Source of the DNA: Octopus sinensis
Taxonomy: Eukaryota
DNA: 64,000 bases
NCBI RefSeq assembly: GCF_006345805.1
Contig: NC_042998.1
Span: 207,018,001 to 207,082,000 of the forward strand
Direction of reading: 5' to 3'
Part shown: piece by piece, positions 1-12,324 of the stretch
How the letters are laid out: every line of letters starts with the position of its first letter
Numbering within the stretch: position 1 is the first letter of the stretch
Made by a program: the position numbers and the translations under genes
Notes under the pieces: generated by a model
Told to the model about the DNA's origin: nothing
What the model saw: only the letters and a program-made list of their open reading frames with translations
Database searches by the model: none

Positions 1-54
1 ATGATGATGATAGCATGTTATCCAAATCAGAAATTGATTAAAACATCCACATTA

Positions 55-225
55 GGTGCAGGAGTGGCTGTGTGGTAAGTAGCTTGCTAACCAACCACAT
101 GGTTCCGGGTTCAGTCTCACTGCGTGGCGTCTTGGGCAAATGTCTTCTGCTATAGCCCCGGGCCGACCAATGCCTTGTGAGTGGATTTGGTAGACGGAAA
201 CTGAAAGAAGCCTGTCATATATATG

Positions 226-260
<35 letters not shown>

Positions 261-460
261 TTTTCTGTGTTTGTCCCCCTAGCATTGCTTGACAACCAAT
301 TCTGGTGTGTTTACGTCCCCCGTCACTTAGCGGTTTGGCAGAAGAGACCGATAGAATAAGTACTAGGCTTACAAAGAATAAGTCCCAGGGTCGATTTGCT
401 CGACTAAAGGCGGTGCTCCAGCATGGCCGCAGTCAAATAACTGAAACAAGTAAGAGAGTA
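55..460 (+). mobile_element. tRNA-headed SINE, family 1 (~400 bp, internal (TA)n(TG)n linker, CAGTC-AAAT-GACTG tail)
   Basis: Head GGAGTGGCTGTGTGGTAAG...GGGTTCAGTCCC (A/B-box-like); tail TAAAGGCGGTGCTCCAGCATGGCCGCAGTCAAATGACTGAAACAAGTAAAAGA; near-identical copies throughout the window. Confidence 0.9.
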
Positions 461-3400
461 TTAAGTTGGCTATAAAGATTACCACTAAGGTCTTAACTCT
501 TTTGATACCAGCCTGCTTAAGACTCCCTTGCTTCAATCCTTCTTGTAATGTCTCTAGGACTTAGGGTATGACTAGAGGCAGGTTTGGTATCTTTTTCTAG
601 CAGGTTGAATCAATGTTACAAGGGTTTCCTCAGTATTGTTCTTAGACTGTTAATCAGTCATTCATTGCTTGCAGACATGGCTGTGTGGTTATGTTTGCTT
701 CCCAACCACATGGTCTCAGGTTCAATCCCACTGCCTGGTATCAGGCCAGGGTCAACCAAAGTCTTGAGTGGATTTCGTGGATGGAAACTGAAAGAAGCCC
801 ATTGTGTCTGTGTGTACACACACACACACATACACTGGGCTGTTGCAGTCATGATCATGAAATTGAGGTTTCAATTCCTGTACTGGGTGGTGCATTGTGT
901 TCTGTTGCTCTGTGATCACTTCGATGCCTGACATGTGGAATACCATGCTCCTGTATAAGTGATGTCCGTTTGATGGAAGCCCAAAACATTTCATCACTTG
1001 AGACAAATACTTTGTGCTGGTGGTTCGTCAATGAATTGCAGGACCATTTTGCTCTTGAACTGCAAGATGCTACTATTAGCCTGAGAGATAGAATGAACTA
1101 AACAGATCAAGGGGAGATACATGGGATGGAGAGCTGCTGAAGAGGTCACAGGAGGTGTGATGAAAGATTTCCAGACAAAGGACATAGAATAGGAATTGTA
1201 ATAAATCTGAAATGAAGACCGGATATGTTATGTGTGTGTGTTTATTTGACAAGAAAAAAAAAAGAAAGGAATGACCAACCTGAAGTATAACATATATAAA
1301 CATCCTGTCATCGTCAGTCAGTGTTTTAAATCCAGGTTTTGTCTCTGTTAACAGGGATGGTTGGTTCTACCTTAATGCCATAGCAACCAAGGTACGCAGG
1401 TGCAGTCCACCCCAATCTTTAGGTTGGCTGGTGCCCATTCTCCTTTGCTATCATGAGGCCTTTTTGGAGCTGGATTTTCTCTGGAGAGCATGCCCTTACT
1501 TATCCCCATCCTCTGTTTCTAGACATGAGTGGTGCTGAGACCATGATTTTTAAGAAATGTGGAAAATTTACTCAGGAGGGCAAGGATGCTACTCCCTGAG
1601 ACCCCTTTCAGAGAACCCCTACCCTGTACACTGTGTAAAGTGGTTGGTGTTAGGAATGGCATCCAGCTCTAGAAACTATGCCAAAGCAGCCTGGAGCTTG
1701 GTGTGGTCCCCCTGGCTTACCAGCTCCTGTCAAACCATCCAACCCATGCCAGCATGAAAGACAGATGTTAAATGATGGTATATACGTTTTTTGGGGGGTG
1801 GGGGTTGTTTTTAATCGTTGGTCGACAGTATTGCAGAAACAGTAACTGAACCACCTCTGCTGTACCAAGGCTGCTTCCAAAAGCAAGTGCCAAATCTCAA
1901 GTACACTCACACCTCTCCACCCATGGCTGCATCACAAACGAAAGACAAACCAATAAGTTTGCAGCATAGAAAGAGCTGCAAGAGATGCCAAATATTGGTT
2001 TTTAAGTATAACTGTTCATGTCTGTCTGAGACACCCTCGTTCTGGATTTTTTGTAGGGGTTTAATCTCCAAGCCCTTTTTAAACACTCAAATTTCCCCAC
2101 AAACCAGCAGGGATTTATTATTTTAATGGGTTTGGTTTGTGCTGGGCCAATCCTGGTCTCTTGTCCTTCAAACAAGCCTTGATTATTTATGGTTGTAAGT
2201 TGATTCATTTCTTGTCATTTGCAAAAACATGTCTGGCCATGGGGTAAAACTGTTTACCTTGCTTGGAAACAGGTGAGGGTTGGTGACAGGAAGGGCATCC
2301 AGCTGTAGAAAAATCTGTCTGACCCATGCAAGCAAGGAAAAGTGGACATTAAAGCAATGATGATGATAATACCTGCTTGTCTGTTTTAATCAGTCCAATG
2401 CCAGCGCCGCCTCGACTGGCTTCCGTGCTGGTGGCACATAAAAAGCACCATCTGAATCGTGGCCGATGCCAGTGCCGCCTCGACTGGCTTCTGTGCCGGT
2501 GGCACGTAAAATGCACCAATCCGACCGTGGCCGTTGCCAGCCTCGCCTGGCACCTGTGCAGGTGGCACGTAAAAAGCACCCACTACACTCACGGAGTGGT
2601 TGGCGTTAGGAAGGGCATCCAGCTGTAGAAACACTGCCAGATCAGACTGGAGCCTGGTGCAGCCTCCTGGCTTCCCAGATCCCCGGTCGAACCGTCCAAC
2701 CCATGCTAGCATGGAGAACGGACGTTAAACAATGATGATGATGATGATGATTCCTCATTGTCATTCAGTTTCTCCCCTACAAAATACTTCACACATCTTG
2801 CCTGTAAAATTCCCCTTATCTCTCTCTTTCTCTCTCTCTCTCTTTCTGCTTCTGTAAAAGATAACTTTTGTTGTTAACTGAATGTTTAAAATATTATAAA
2901 ACCCTAAAGCTCTCCATTCTGAACAAATAAAAGTAAATCTGAAAACTATTCTTGCAAATCTCACAACGAGAGATATTCAGCAACAGTACTTTGGAGTAAA
3001 GATTCTTTGCCAACATCACATGGCAGTCCTGGTTTAGGACGAATGTTGCTGTAGTTCAGCCCCAGGAGACATCATCTCCAGCTGGATGTACGACATGGTC
3101 TCTGTCCTTGTATTTTCAAACAAGGGCATCTATCACCTCCACTCAGCTCAAGACGATATCTGTGTATCTCGATTTACGGGTTATTTCCCTTCATCTGCAC
3201 AGAATAATTGTTCTCGTTTGAAATATATAGTTTTCAAAATGACAACTAGTCACTGATCTATAACTTAGAAAATTACTTTTTTAAGTCTCACAACGAGAGA
3301 TATTCAGCGACAGTACTTTGGAGTAAAGATTGTTTGCCAACATAACCTGGTAGTCTCAGTTTAGGACGAATGTTGCTGTAATTCAGCCCCAGGAGAAATT

Positions 3401-5068
3401 GTCTCCAGCTGGCTATCCGATACGGATCTTTGTTTGAAAATATAAGGACACAGACGTCTTAAACTGGGGCTGCTTTGTTATGTTGGCAAACAATCTTTAT
3501 TACAAAAGTAAATCTATTCACATCACCAGCTTTCCTGAGAAAATATGAAGGTCAAATGAAAATAATCAATACTTCTGTTTATACAAGCAATTAAAAAGCA
3601 AAAACAAAAAAACATTCTTTTTTTTCATTTGTTTCTTTCTTCAGCCTGTCAGTTGCTGTCATCGTCTGGCTTATCTATGACAGTAATTGATTAGGGTGTA
3701 TACAGTACAGTACAATGAGTTTATACACATCACACCAGCTGTCCCACTTTCCCCGTCTCCTTAAGCTGGCTGTTTGTCACCCCCTATACTGGTCTCTGCT
3801 AAATCGGTGAGTTTGTCTCTGGTTTTATTTTTAGTTTTTTTTCATCCTGATCAAATATGAAATATGCTGACTTGGTTTCTCCTCTCTCTCTCTCTCTGCT
3901 ATCAGACATAGGTATATAATGACCTATATACATTGTTTATACATTGTATATAAACTTCATGAAATGAAATCTCTTTTTCTACTTACAATATAAACCATTA
4001 CATTTTTCCTAATTCTCTTCTTTCTCTCCCATCTAACAACACATAAGGTAGTGTTTCTTTTTAAGTTCTGGTGCCCCCCCCCCCTGGACAATATGTAATC
4101 TGTTGGTTATGAGTAGTTCCACTTGATCTGATCAACAGAACAGCCTGTTCATGGACTTAATGTGTAAGTGGCTGAGCGCTCCACAGACAATCTTTTTCTT
4201 TTTCTTTCTACTTGTTTCAGTCATTTGACTGCAGCCATGCTGGAGCACCACCTTTAGTCGAACAAATTGACCCCAGACTTATTCTTAGTAAGGCTGGTAT
4301 TTATTCTATCGGTCTCTTTTGCCAAACTGCTAAGTTACGGGGATGTAAACACACCAAGTAATGTTAGGGGGAGACAAACACAGACACATCATCATCATCG
4401 TTTAACGTCTGTTTTCCATGCTAGCACGGGTTGGACAGTTCGACTGGGGCCTGAGAAGCCAGGAGGCTGCACCAAGCTCCAGTCTAATCTGGCAGTGTTT
4501 CTACAGCTGGATGCCCTTCCTAACGCCAACCACTCCATGAGTGTAGTGGATGTTTTTTACGTGCCAGAGGGACCTGGCAAACGGCTACGATTGGTTGGTG
4601 CTTTTACGTGTCACTTACACGGAGGCCAGTCAGGCGACGCTGGCATCTGCCACATTCGGACGGTGCTTTTTACGTGTCACCAGCACGAGTATCTTATCTA
4701 CTATATATATGTATATATACACATACATACATACATATACAAAGGGCTTCTTCCAGTTTCCGTCTACCAAATCCACTCACAAGGCTTCGATCGGCCCCAG
4801 GCTATAGTAGAAGACACTTGCCCGAGGTGCCACGCAGTGAGACTGAACCCAGGACCATGTGGTTGGTAAGCAAGCTTCTTACCACACAGTCACGCCTGCG
4901 CCTACATGTATACTTTTAATGTAGCTCTCAGGGAGATTCAATATGACATGACTGGCCCTTTGAAATACAGGTAGAACTTATTTTTGTGAGGGCATAACAC
5001 GCTGCTGGAAAATGACCTTACGATTGTTTGCTGAATACTCTTACCACTAAGCCACACAATTTTGCTTT

Positions 5069-5650
5069 ATTATTATTATTATTATTATTATTATTGAGTG
5101 AGAGAGCAGTGCATGCCATCAAAGTGACACTGGGGTAAAATATACGAAGCCCAGTATACCCATCATGACTACCCGTGTGATAAGGGTACACCAGGCACAT
5201 GCATCACAACCATATGTGCACGACATGGTGATCTCGTATCAAGACAAACAGCGCATGGCCTTGCAGGTGGGGCCCAGTTGGAATTTTCTTCTGGTTGAGT
5301 AACCCATCTCACTCCAAAGGGTCCTGAATAAGGGTTGTTTAAGGATGTTGAATGAAACACCCATGTTTCCAAAGGTGAATTATCTAAACCCTTAAGAATC
5401 CCTCTCAACACATGGCTATGATGCTCCCTCACTACTTCTGTTTGTGATCGGAGATGCACATATCGTCAGCCACTAAGGGACATGCTCAATTGGTTACGGT
5501 CAAACAACTGACAAGCAAATCTGTGGTATTGAGCGGAATATTTGCTTTAGACCATCTTTTATACCAAGACAAAACAATGTACATGATAACACTTCTAATC
5601 AGTTAAGATCAGAAGCCATGAGAGTTACTGCCTGGTACTGCATGAGGTCA
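5069..5650 (-). mobile_element. Non-LTR retroelement 3' region with (AAT)n tail, clade undetermined; second copy ~40262-40475(+)
   Basis: Two copies share ~200 nt ending ...CTCTCTCACTCAATAATAAT; no recognisable ORF. Confidence 0.6.
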
Positions 5651-6208
5651 TGCCATCCAAGAATTTGGACCTGGAGATCTCCACTTCCAGCGACTTCGAG
5701 GGCCACCTCCCAGTGATGTCGGGTGTCAACGAAGAGCCCTCGACTACAAAACGACCAAAGATTTTTTTTTTCCTAAGGTCTGGGGTCTCCCGCCCCTAAG
5801 CTCTAGACCATCACCTGATCACCTTTACCCGCCTTGTTGCTTAACAACAACAACAACAACAACAACAGCGTGAGGGCATTGAGAGCCACTGCCTGGTACT
5901 GCATGAGGGCATTGAGAGCCACTGCCTGGTACTGCATGAGGGTATTGAGAGCGACTGTCTGGTACTGCTTGAGGGCATCACCACCACTGCTTTTTTAAGT
6001 GGCAACTGGGTGACTGGCCCCGTGAGTCTGAGGAATCAAGACAGTATTGTCCAGTGGAGGTGGGTGAAGTTGTGATGATGATAAATCCCTAATATGTTTT
6101 AATGAGGGGAGCATCAATGTTGCACCGTTATATTTGTAGAAACGTAAGCTGGAAAATTAACTGCCTTTTAATGATTCTGTTAATTGACATGCTTTAGTCT
6201 CCATAACA

Positions 6209-6246
<38 letters not shown>

Positions 6247-7066
6247 TCATCATGTTATGTCTGCTTTCCCATGCTGGCATGGGTTGGATGACAGTGTCTT
6301 GACAACATTTTGCAGGTCTTACATCATCTCCTGATGTACAACAGCAGTGGAGTCTGCCTCTTTGTTGGTGTCTTATCTCTTCCTCTTTCTTCTTTTACTT
6401 GTTTCAGTCAGTAGACTGCGACCATGCTGGGGCACTGCCTTGAAGAACTTTAGTCAAATGAATCGACTCTGGTCCTTATTTTTTCAGCCTGGTGCTTATT
6501 CTGATGCTGAAGTGCTAAGTTAGGGGGATATAAACACACCAACACTGGTTGTCAAGTGGTGGTGGAGAACACACACACACACACACACAGGACTAGCTTC
6601 TTCCAGTCTTTGGTTGACCTGAGGCTATAATAATAGAAGACAGTTGCCCAAGGAGGGGGTGCCCCACAGTGGGACGAGTTGGGTTTTGCAGCTGAATTGC
6701 CCTTTCTTTTGCCAACCAACTTTACTGCACGGATTGTTTGCCCTTTATTGTGTCCCCCTAAACTGGGCATTGCCTGCTTTAGTTTGTTATTTATAGAGCA
6801 TGAAAATAAAATTATTTATTGTAATAACTGTTGTGTGCATATTATATCTTTTTACTTGTTTTAAGCATTAGACTGCGGCCATGCTGGGGCACCACCTTTA
6901 AGAATTCTTGTCGTCAAATGAAATCAACCCCAGTCCCCTCTTTTCTAAAAAAAAATCCGGGTACTTATTCTATCAGTCCCTTTTGCCAAACTCTCTCTCT
7001 CTCTTTTACTTGTTTCAGTCATTTGACTGTGGCCATGCTGGAGCACCACCTTTAAAACAATGTGTG

Positions 7067-7186
7067 ACGCTTACTGCACCTAGGTTTCCCAAGCGGTCAC
7101 CCATCTAAGTACTAATTAGGCTCGACGTTGCTTAACTTTGGTGATCGGAGGAGAACCGGGGCTTTCAACGTGATATGGCCGTTAAA
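7067..7186 (-). pseudogene. 5S rRNA copy (probable retro-pseudogene)
   Basis: The minus strand reads ACGGCCATATCACGTTGAAAGCCCCGGTTCTCCTCCGATCACCAAAGTTAAGCAACGTCGAGCCTAATTAGTACTTAGATGGGTGACCGCTTGGGAAACCTAGGTGCAGTAAGCGT, a near full-length metazoan 5S with box A and box C. The first ~4 nt do not pair with the 3' end of helix I. Confidence 0.9.
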
Positions 7187-7240
7187 AACTGCTCAGTTAT
7201 TGTTTTTCTTTTAATTAAAAAAATTTTTTTTTTATTTCAG

Positions 7241-7355
7241 CCGGAAGGTTTATTTGTAGAATGGAAAGCTGAAGAAGTGCCTTCTTCTGACGAACACGAT
7301 TGGGCTGTGGTTGGTAATGCTGTTGGTTACAAATTAGACAGGCAGTCTGAATCAG
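7241..7355 (+). CDS. TBC1D15: TBC1D15-like exon (first recognised in window; PEGLFVEW...DRQSES)
   Basis: Acceptor ttatttcag at 7232-7240; donor GTAAAG at 7356; 115 nt, phase 0 to 1; EHDWAVVGNAV resembles the EWDMVNTV segment of human TBC1D15. Confidence 0.8.
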
Positions 7356-7473
7356 GTAAAGACGATGGCTTTCATCTGTTTATTCTCAGAGGACGGCAGT
7401 TCGTTATGAATTAGCACCAGATTAATAATGATGAAAGTTATTTTACTAAATCCTTCATTAGTTTATAAATTAA

Positions 7474-7871
7474 CTAGCAGTATCACCTGGCGTTGCTCGG
7501 GTTTGTAAGGGAAATAACTATATAAACATTTTTAGAGAGTTATAGCCAAAAAATAACAAAAAATGCATTAAAAATGGGGAAAAAATGATGGTAAATTTTT
7601 TTTTAAATCGTTGACTCATCGTAGACATTTTTAGAGAGTTACTTCCCTTATATAATAGCGAAAAATGCATTAAAATGGAAAAGAATGATGGTAATTTTTT
7701 TTTAAATCGTAGACTCATCGTAGACGCGCGCTAATACCCAGAAGGGCTCGATATGAATCACGACTATAAGATACCCACTTTTGGTTAAACTGCACCGCAA
7801 AATGTGGGAGTAGTTACGAATCTAAATCGTAGGAGACAGACAGCACACAACCTCTCTTTTATATATAAAGA
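7474..7871 (-). mobile_element. Non-autonomous Helitron-like element
   Basis: On the minus strand it begins TC and ends CTAG, sits between A and T, and has a subterminal GC-rich hairpin-like segment (+ strand CCTGGCGTTGCTCGGG). Confidence 0.7.
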
Positions 7872-8353
7872 TTGAAACACAGGCAATGCATTTCAACAGA
7901 AATATGATAACGGATGGGTTCAGGTGATCTCAATCAAAACCGTCCATCAAAACTTCATACTTCCAAACACCAGCTTAATAATAAAAGTGTTGTTTCACTT
8001 ATTTCTTCATTAGTTTCCAAATTAATTAGAGACAGACAGTATTTACATATTTCAATATGGTTTCTGTTTTATTATGGTAACGAAACGTTTTGAGCTGAAC
8101 AACATCTGGCAAGGCTCAGCACTCTTGGCAAAGCTCAGCACTCGAACCACAGACTCAATTGCTAGAGTTACGTCATCAAGCAAGGTCCATAACTGCTTCA
8201 GTGCAATTACAATTTTGCGTTCGATTCAGTTTACTGGATTCTCTCCCCTTACAAAACTTTTCTTTTTTTTCTTTTTTTTTTACACAATTTGAAAAGACAT
8301 TGCACGTTGATCAGATAATATACAATTTTATTAATTTTGTTATCATTATGAAG

Positions 8354-9000
8354 GCGGCAAGCTGGCAGAATCGTTAGCACACCAGGCCAAGTGCTTAGTG
8401 GCATTTCATCTGTCTTTACGCTCTGAGTTCAAATTCCACCAAAGTCGACTGTCTTTCATTCTTTCGGGGTCAATAGAATGACAGTTCAACACTCGGTTCG
8501 ATGTAATCAATTAACCCCATCTTCCAAACTTCCTGGCCTTATTTGAAATTTGAAATTATTATTATTATTAAGGTGGTGTGCTGGCAGAATCGTTAGCATG
8601 CCGGGCGAAATGATTAGCAGTATTTCGTCTGCTGCTATGTTCTAAGTTCAAATTCCGCCGAGGTTGACTTTGCTTTTCATCCTTTTGGGGTCGATTGAAT
8701 AAGTACCAGTTTCGCACTGGGGTCGATCTAATCGACTCATCCCCTCCCCCAAAATTGCTGCCCCTGTGGCAACTTTGAAACTATTAAAGCTGGTGAGCTG
8801 GTAGAATCGTTAGCACGCCGGGCGAAATGCTCAGCAGTATTTTGTCTGCCGCTACGTTCTGAGTTCAAATTCCACCAAGGTCGACTTTGCCTTTCATCCT
8901 TTCGGGGTCGATTAAATAAGTACCAGTTGTACACTGGGGTCGATGTAATCGACTTAATCCGTTTGTCCTTGTTTAGCCCCTTGTGGGTAGTAAAGAAATA
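8354..9000 (+). mobile_element. Three consecutive copies of tRNA-headed SINE family 2 (GAGCTGGCAGAATCGTTAGC...TCTGAGTTCAAATTCC...)
   Basis: Heads at ~8354, ~8571 and ~8790; B-box GAGTTCAAATTCC. Other copies at ~9918-10130, 28437-28625, 31667-31895 and 57665-58030. Confidence 0.85.
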
Positions 9001-9093
9001 GGTACATATATAAGTACCAGTTACGCATTGGGGGCAATGCAATTGACTTAATCCTCTCTCCTAAGCTGCCTTTGTTGCAAAAATTTGAAATTG

Positions 9094-9127
<34 letters not shown>

Positions 9128-9151
9128 CATTATTATTATTATTGTTATTAG

Positions 9152-9365
9152 TGACTATAAATTCCAAAACTGAGACACGGAAGAAGTACAATATAAGTTT
9201 TGATATCCTCGATTTGAAAAGTCTCAAAACGAATTCAGTTCATCACGGCTGGAAATACTTCATCTTCATCCTCAAAGACGGTACCACATATCCAGCACTG
9301 CATTTTCATTCTGGTGGATCAGCGGAATTCTTCTCCCTCCTCAGCCAACATGTCTGCATTCAGAT
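9152..9365 (+). CDS. TBC1D15: TBC1D15-like exon (TINSK...GWKYFIFILKDGTTYPALHFHSGGS...CIQ)
   Basis: AG at 9150-9151; donor GTAAG at 9366; phase 1 to 2, matching both neighbours; conserved GW.Y..F.LKD...PALHFH motif. Confidence 0.9.
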
Positions 9366-10133
9366 GTAAGTGTTCCAGTTTTACTTTATTCATCATTTAC
9401 AAAAGAAAAAGAAAGAAAAAAAAAATAGCTGCATCCATGGCCGACTGGTCATGATGTCCACTTTGCAATCACATAATTTCAGTTTCGCCCACTTTGTGTA
9501 GCCTTGGGTTGACCTAAGTCTTGAGAATGCATTTGGTAGGCGAAATCTATGGAAACTGTCGTGTGTATGTATCTATGTATGTGTGTGGTGTGTCCCACAT
9601 CATTTGACAACTGGTATGTAACTTAGTGGTTCAGCAAAGGACACCAATAGAATAAATACCAGACTTAGAAACAAGTACTAGAGTTGAATTATTCAGCTAA
9701 ACCACTCTAGGTGGTGCCCCAGCATGGCCATAGGCCAGTGACTGACACAACAGATGAAAGGAATTTATATGCAATTCAAATTTTCTGACTTCACAATCAA
9801 TCCCAGTGTGTGACCCTTTAATAGCTTTGTATTGAGTGCTACTTTGTTAGTAGCACTTTGGCCCTACCTTCTGTCTCCTCAACTGCTCTTACCTGTCCCT
9901 ATATAATATCCCAATTAGGGTGGTGAACTGGCAGAATTGTTAGTACACTGGGAGAAATTCTTAGTGGTATTTTGTCTGCTTTTACTTTCCGAGTTCAAAT
10001 TCCACCGAGGTTGACTTTTGCCTTTAATCCTTTGGGGTCGATTAAATAAGTACCAGTTACACACTGAGGGCGATGTCTGTCCTTATTTGTCCCCTCTATG
10101 TTTAGCCCCCTGTGGGTAATAAAGAAATAAATA

Positions 10134-10746
10134 CAGGGTGTTAAAAAAATCTCTCCACAGTATTTTATTGCAAAATAAATATTTATAAGATGGTATAAAG
10201 ACTACAAAAGAATATATTAGACTTTACAAGACTTTAAAAAACTTTATAAGAGGTGCTGAAAGTGTCGTCCTTCATTTTCGATACATAAAATTTAATTTCT
10301 CTTTTACTGTCGTGTGAGCACTTCCTGGGTTGATCTCCGTTTCCTGTGACAATTTGCGTAGGGACTTTGATTGGCTTGCCAACAGTTTATCAGAAACATT
10401 GGAGAGTGTTTCGTCTGAAAGAACAGTAGGCCTACCACTTCTTGCTGCATCTTCCACTGAGCCTCCTGTGTTTCTAAATTTTCTTATCAAATCCCTGAAC
10501 AGAGTGTCACGATGTGGAACAACAGTATTTGGAAAGGTTTCACTGAACTTCTGTTTCACAGTATCTGTGTAATTGGTTCCAGCTCCAAACACCCATTCAA
10601 CTAAAAATGTACGTCCTTCAATGGTTGGCATGTCGACACGCTGAAGAGTACACAATCACTGACACCCGGTCACCCATGCAGTGATAGCCATGTTGCGCAT
10701 GTGCAGGATCATAAAAAATTCACTGTGGAGAGACTTTTTGAACCTG
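10134..10746 (-). mobile_element. Internally deleted Tc1/mariner (rosa/maT-like) element retaining the N-terminal HTH
   Basis: TA at 10132-10133 and 10747-10748; imperfect ~28-bp TIRs (CAGGGTGTTAAAAAAATCTCTCCACAGT). ORF 10272-10655(-) has KF..TG.SV.D..RSGRP and KSLRKLSQE HTH-type motifs but no catalytic domain. Confidence 0.85.
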
Positions 10747-11180
10747 TATCTATAATATATATAGAAGTTCAAATTTGGGGTTGGCCTGTGTACTACAGCA
10801 GGGCATCTATGCTTTTCTCTTGTCTCATACTTTAGTCTTTCAAAGTACTATATAGACTATATCTCATTATATTGATTGTAATTATTGTACTGTATTAATG
10901 TCTAATCTTAATGCTCTTGTGTAGTGTTTTAATAAAGTATATGATTCGGTATTATCTGATAGCTGATGAATGATTTAGATATATTTCTCCATTTTCTCAT
11001 TTTGTATTATTAATTTATGGTAAAAATAATTTTACCTTTGCCCACCTAATACAGTAAATGAATTAATTGCATCGCAATTCTTAACATTTATGTATTAACT
11101 TTGTTGGGTACTTCTCTAGCAGTATATTGGATATATGTTATCCCATGGAGGGTTGCATTTACAACCCCTATCTCAATTTG

Positions 11181-11211
<31 letters not shown>

Positions 11212-11784
11212 CACAGAGCTTTTATGCAGTTTTCATTTGCCAATTTCCTTTCACAAGGCATTGCTCCCTCAATAGGTATAATAGAAGAAACTTGCCCAAG
11301 ATGCCAAGCAGTGAGATTGAACCTTCAACCACGTGATGAATATACTGAGTCTGTTCTGGTGGTTGATTTTTGGAAGGGTGTTTGGTCATAATCACATTCT
11401 TCAAGAGTAACTATACATTATTGCAAAACCCTGTCATATCTGGCGCAGATATCCTGCCTTATTCTGTGTTCAAACTTGCTAGATTAGGCCTCTCATGCAT
11501 ACCCCACAATGTCATTCTGAAAGTAGACAATCATATTGTTGCAATCCTGAAGTCGTGAGAGAATACGATTATCAAAAGAAAGTGGATCGATTTCATTACT
11601 TTTGACAGAGAAATCTGAATGCTTAATGGGTTAAAGAGATGTATTCTGCAGCAGTTGACATCTGGTCTTGTTTCTTTGTGAGAAATTGTCAGCTTCTCTT
11701 TATAAGCTAAACCATTGGCCCTGTTTCCATTCCTAGATGTTTTACTGTCATATGACTAATGTCTTTGGAGAAAATCTGAACATA

Positions 11785-12152
11785 GGCGCAGGAGTGGCTG
11801 TGTGGTAAGTAGCTTGCTAATCAACCACATGGTTCCGGCCACTGCGTGGCATCCTGGGCAAGTGTCTTCTGCTATAGCCCCGGGCCGACCAATGCCTTGT
11901 GAGTGGATTTGGTAGACGGAAACTGAAAGAAGCCTGTCGTATATATGTGTATATATATATAAGTGTGTCTGTGTTTGTCCCCCCAGCATTGCTTGACAAC
12001 CGATGCTGGTGTGTTTACATCCCTGTCACTTAGCGGTTCAGCAATACTGGGCTTACAAAGAATAAGTCCCGGGGTCGATTTGCTCGACTAAAGGCGGTGC
12101 TCCAGCATGGCCGCAGTCAAATGACTGAAACAAGTAAAAGAGTAAAAGAGAG
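11785..12152 (+). mobile_element. SINE family 1 copy
   Basis: Head-to-tail match to 55-460 with small deletions; ends ~60 nt before exon 12213. Confidence 0.9.
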
Positions 12153-12212
12153 TATTACAAACATCTTGTTACTGTAAAAAATTCATTTATTGTCAATTTC
12201 TGTAAATTGTAG

Positions 12213-12324
12213 GTCACCAAATGACAACCGCCTGTGGATAGTGGAAGATCATGATCCTGGTATGCTTTCTGAATCATTTGATAAACTGAACTTGTTTACC
12301 GATTCTTCAGAACATTTAGTATCG
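12213..12324 (+). CDS. TBC1D15: TBC1D15-like exon (SPNDNRLWIV...SEHLVS)
   Basis: Acceptor ttgtag at 12207-12212; donor GTAAGT at 12325; phase 2 to 0; SP.D.R and LS.SF match the family. Confidence 0.88.

Noticed and set aside
4267-4869. 200-aa ORF, the longest in the track
   Set aside because: It runs through nested SINE and RTE fragments; similar peptides recur wherever these repeats occur.
1-7240. Search for the start-codon exon(s) of TBC1D15
   Set aside because: No segment resembling the family N-terminus with compatible splice sites was found; the NEFIH-like stretch near 3715 was not convincing.
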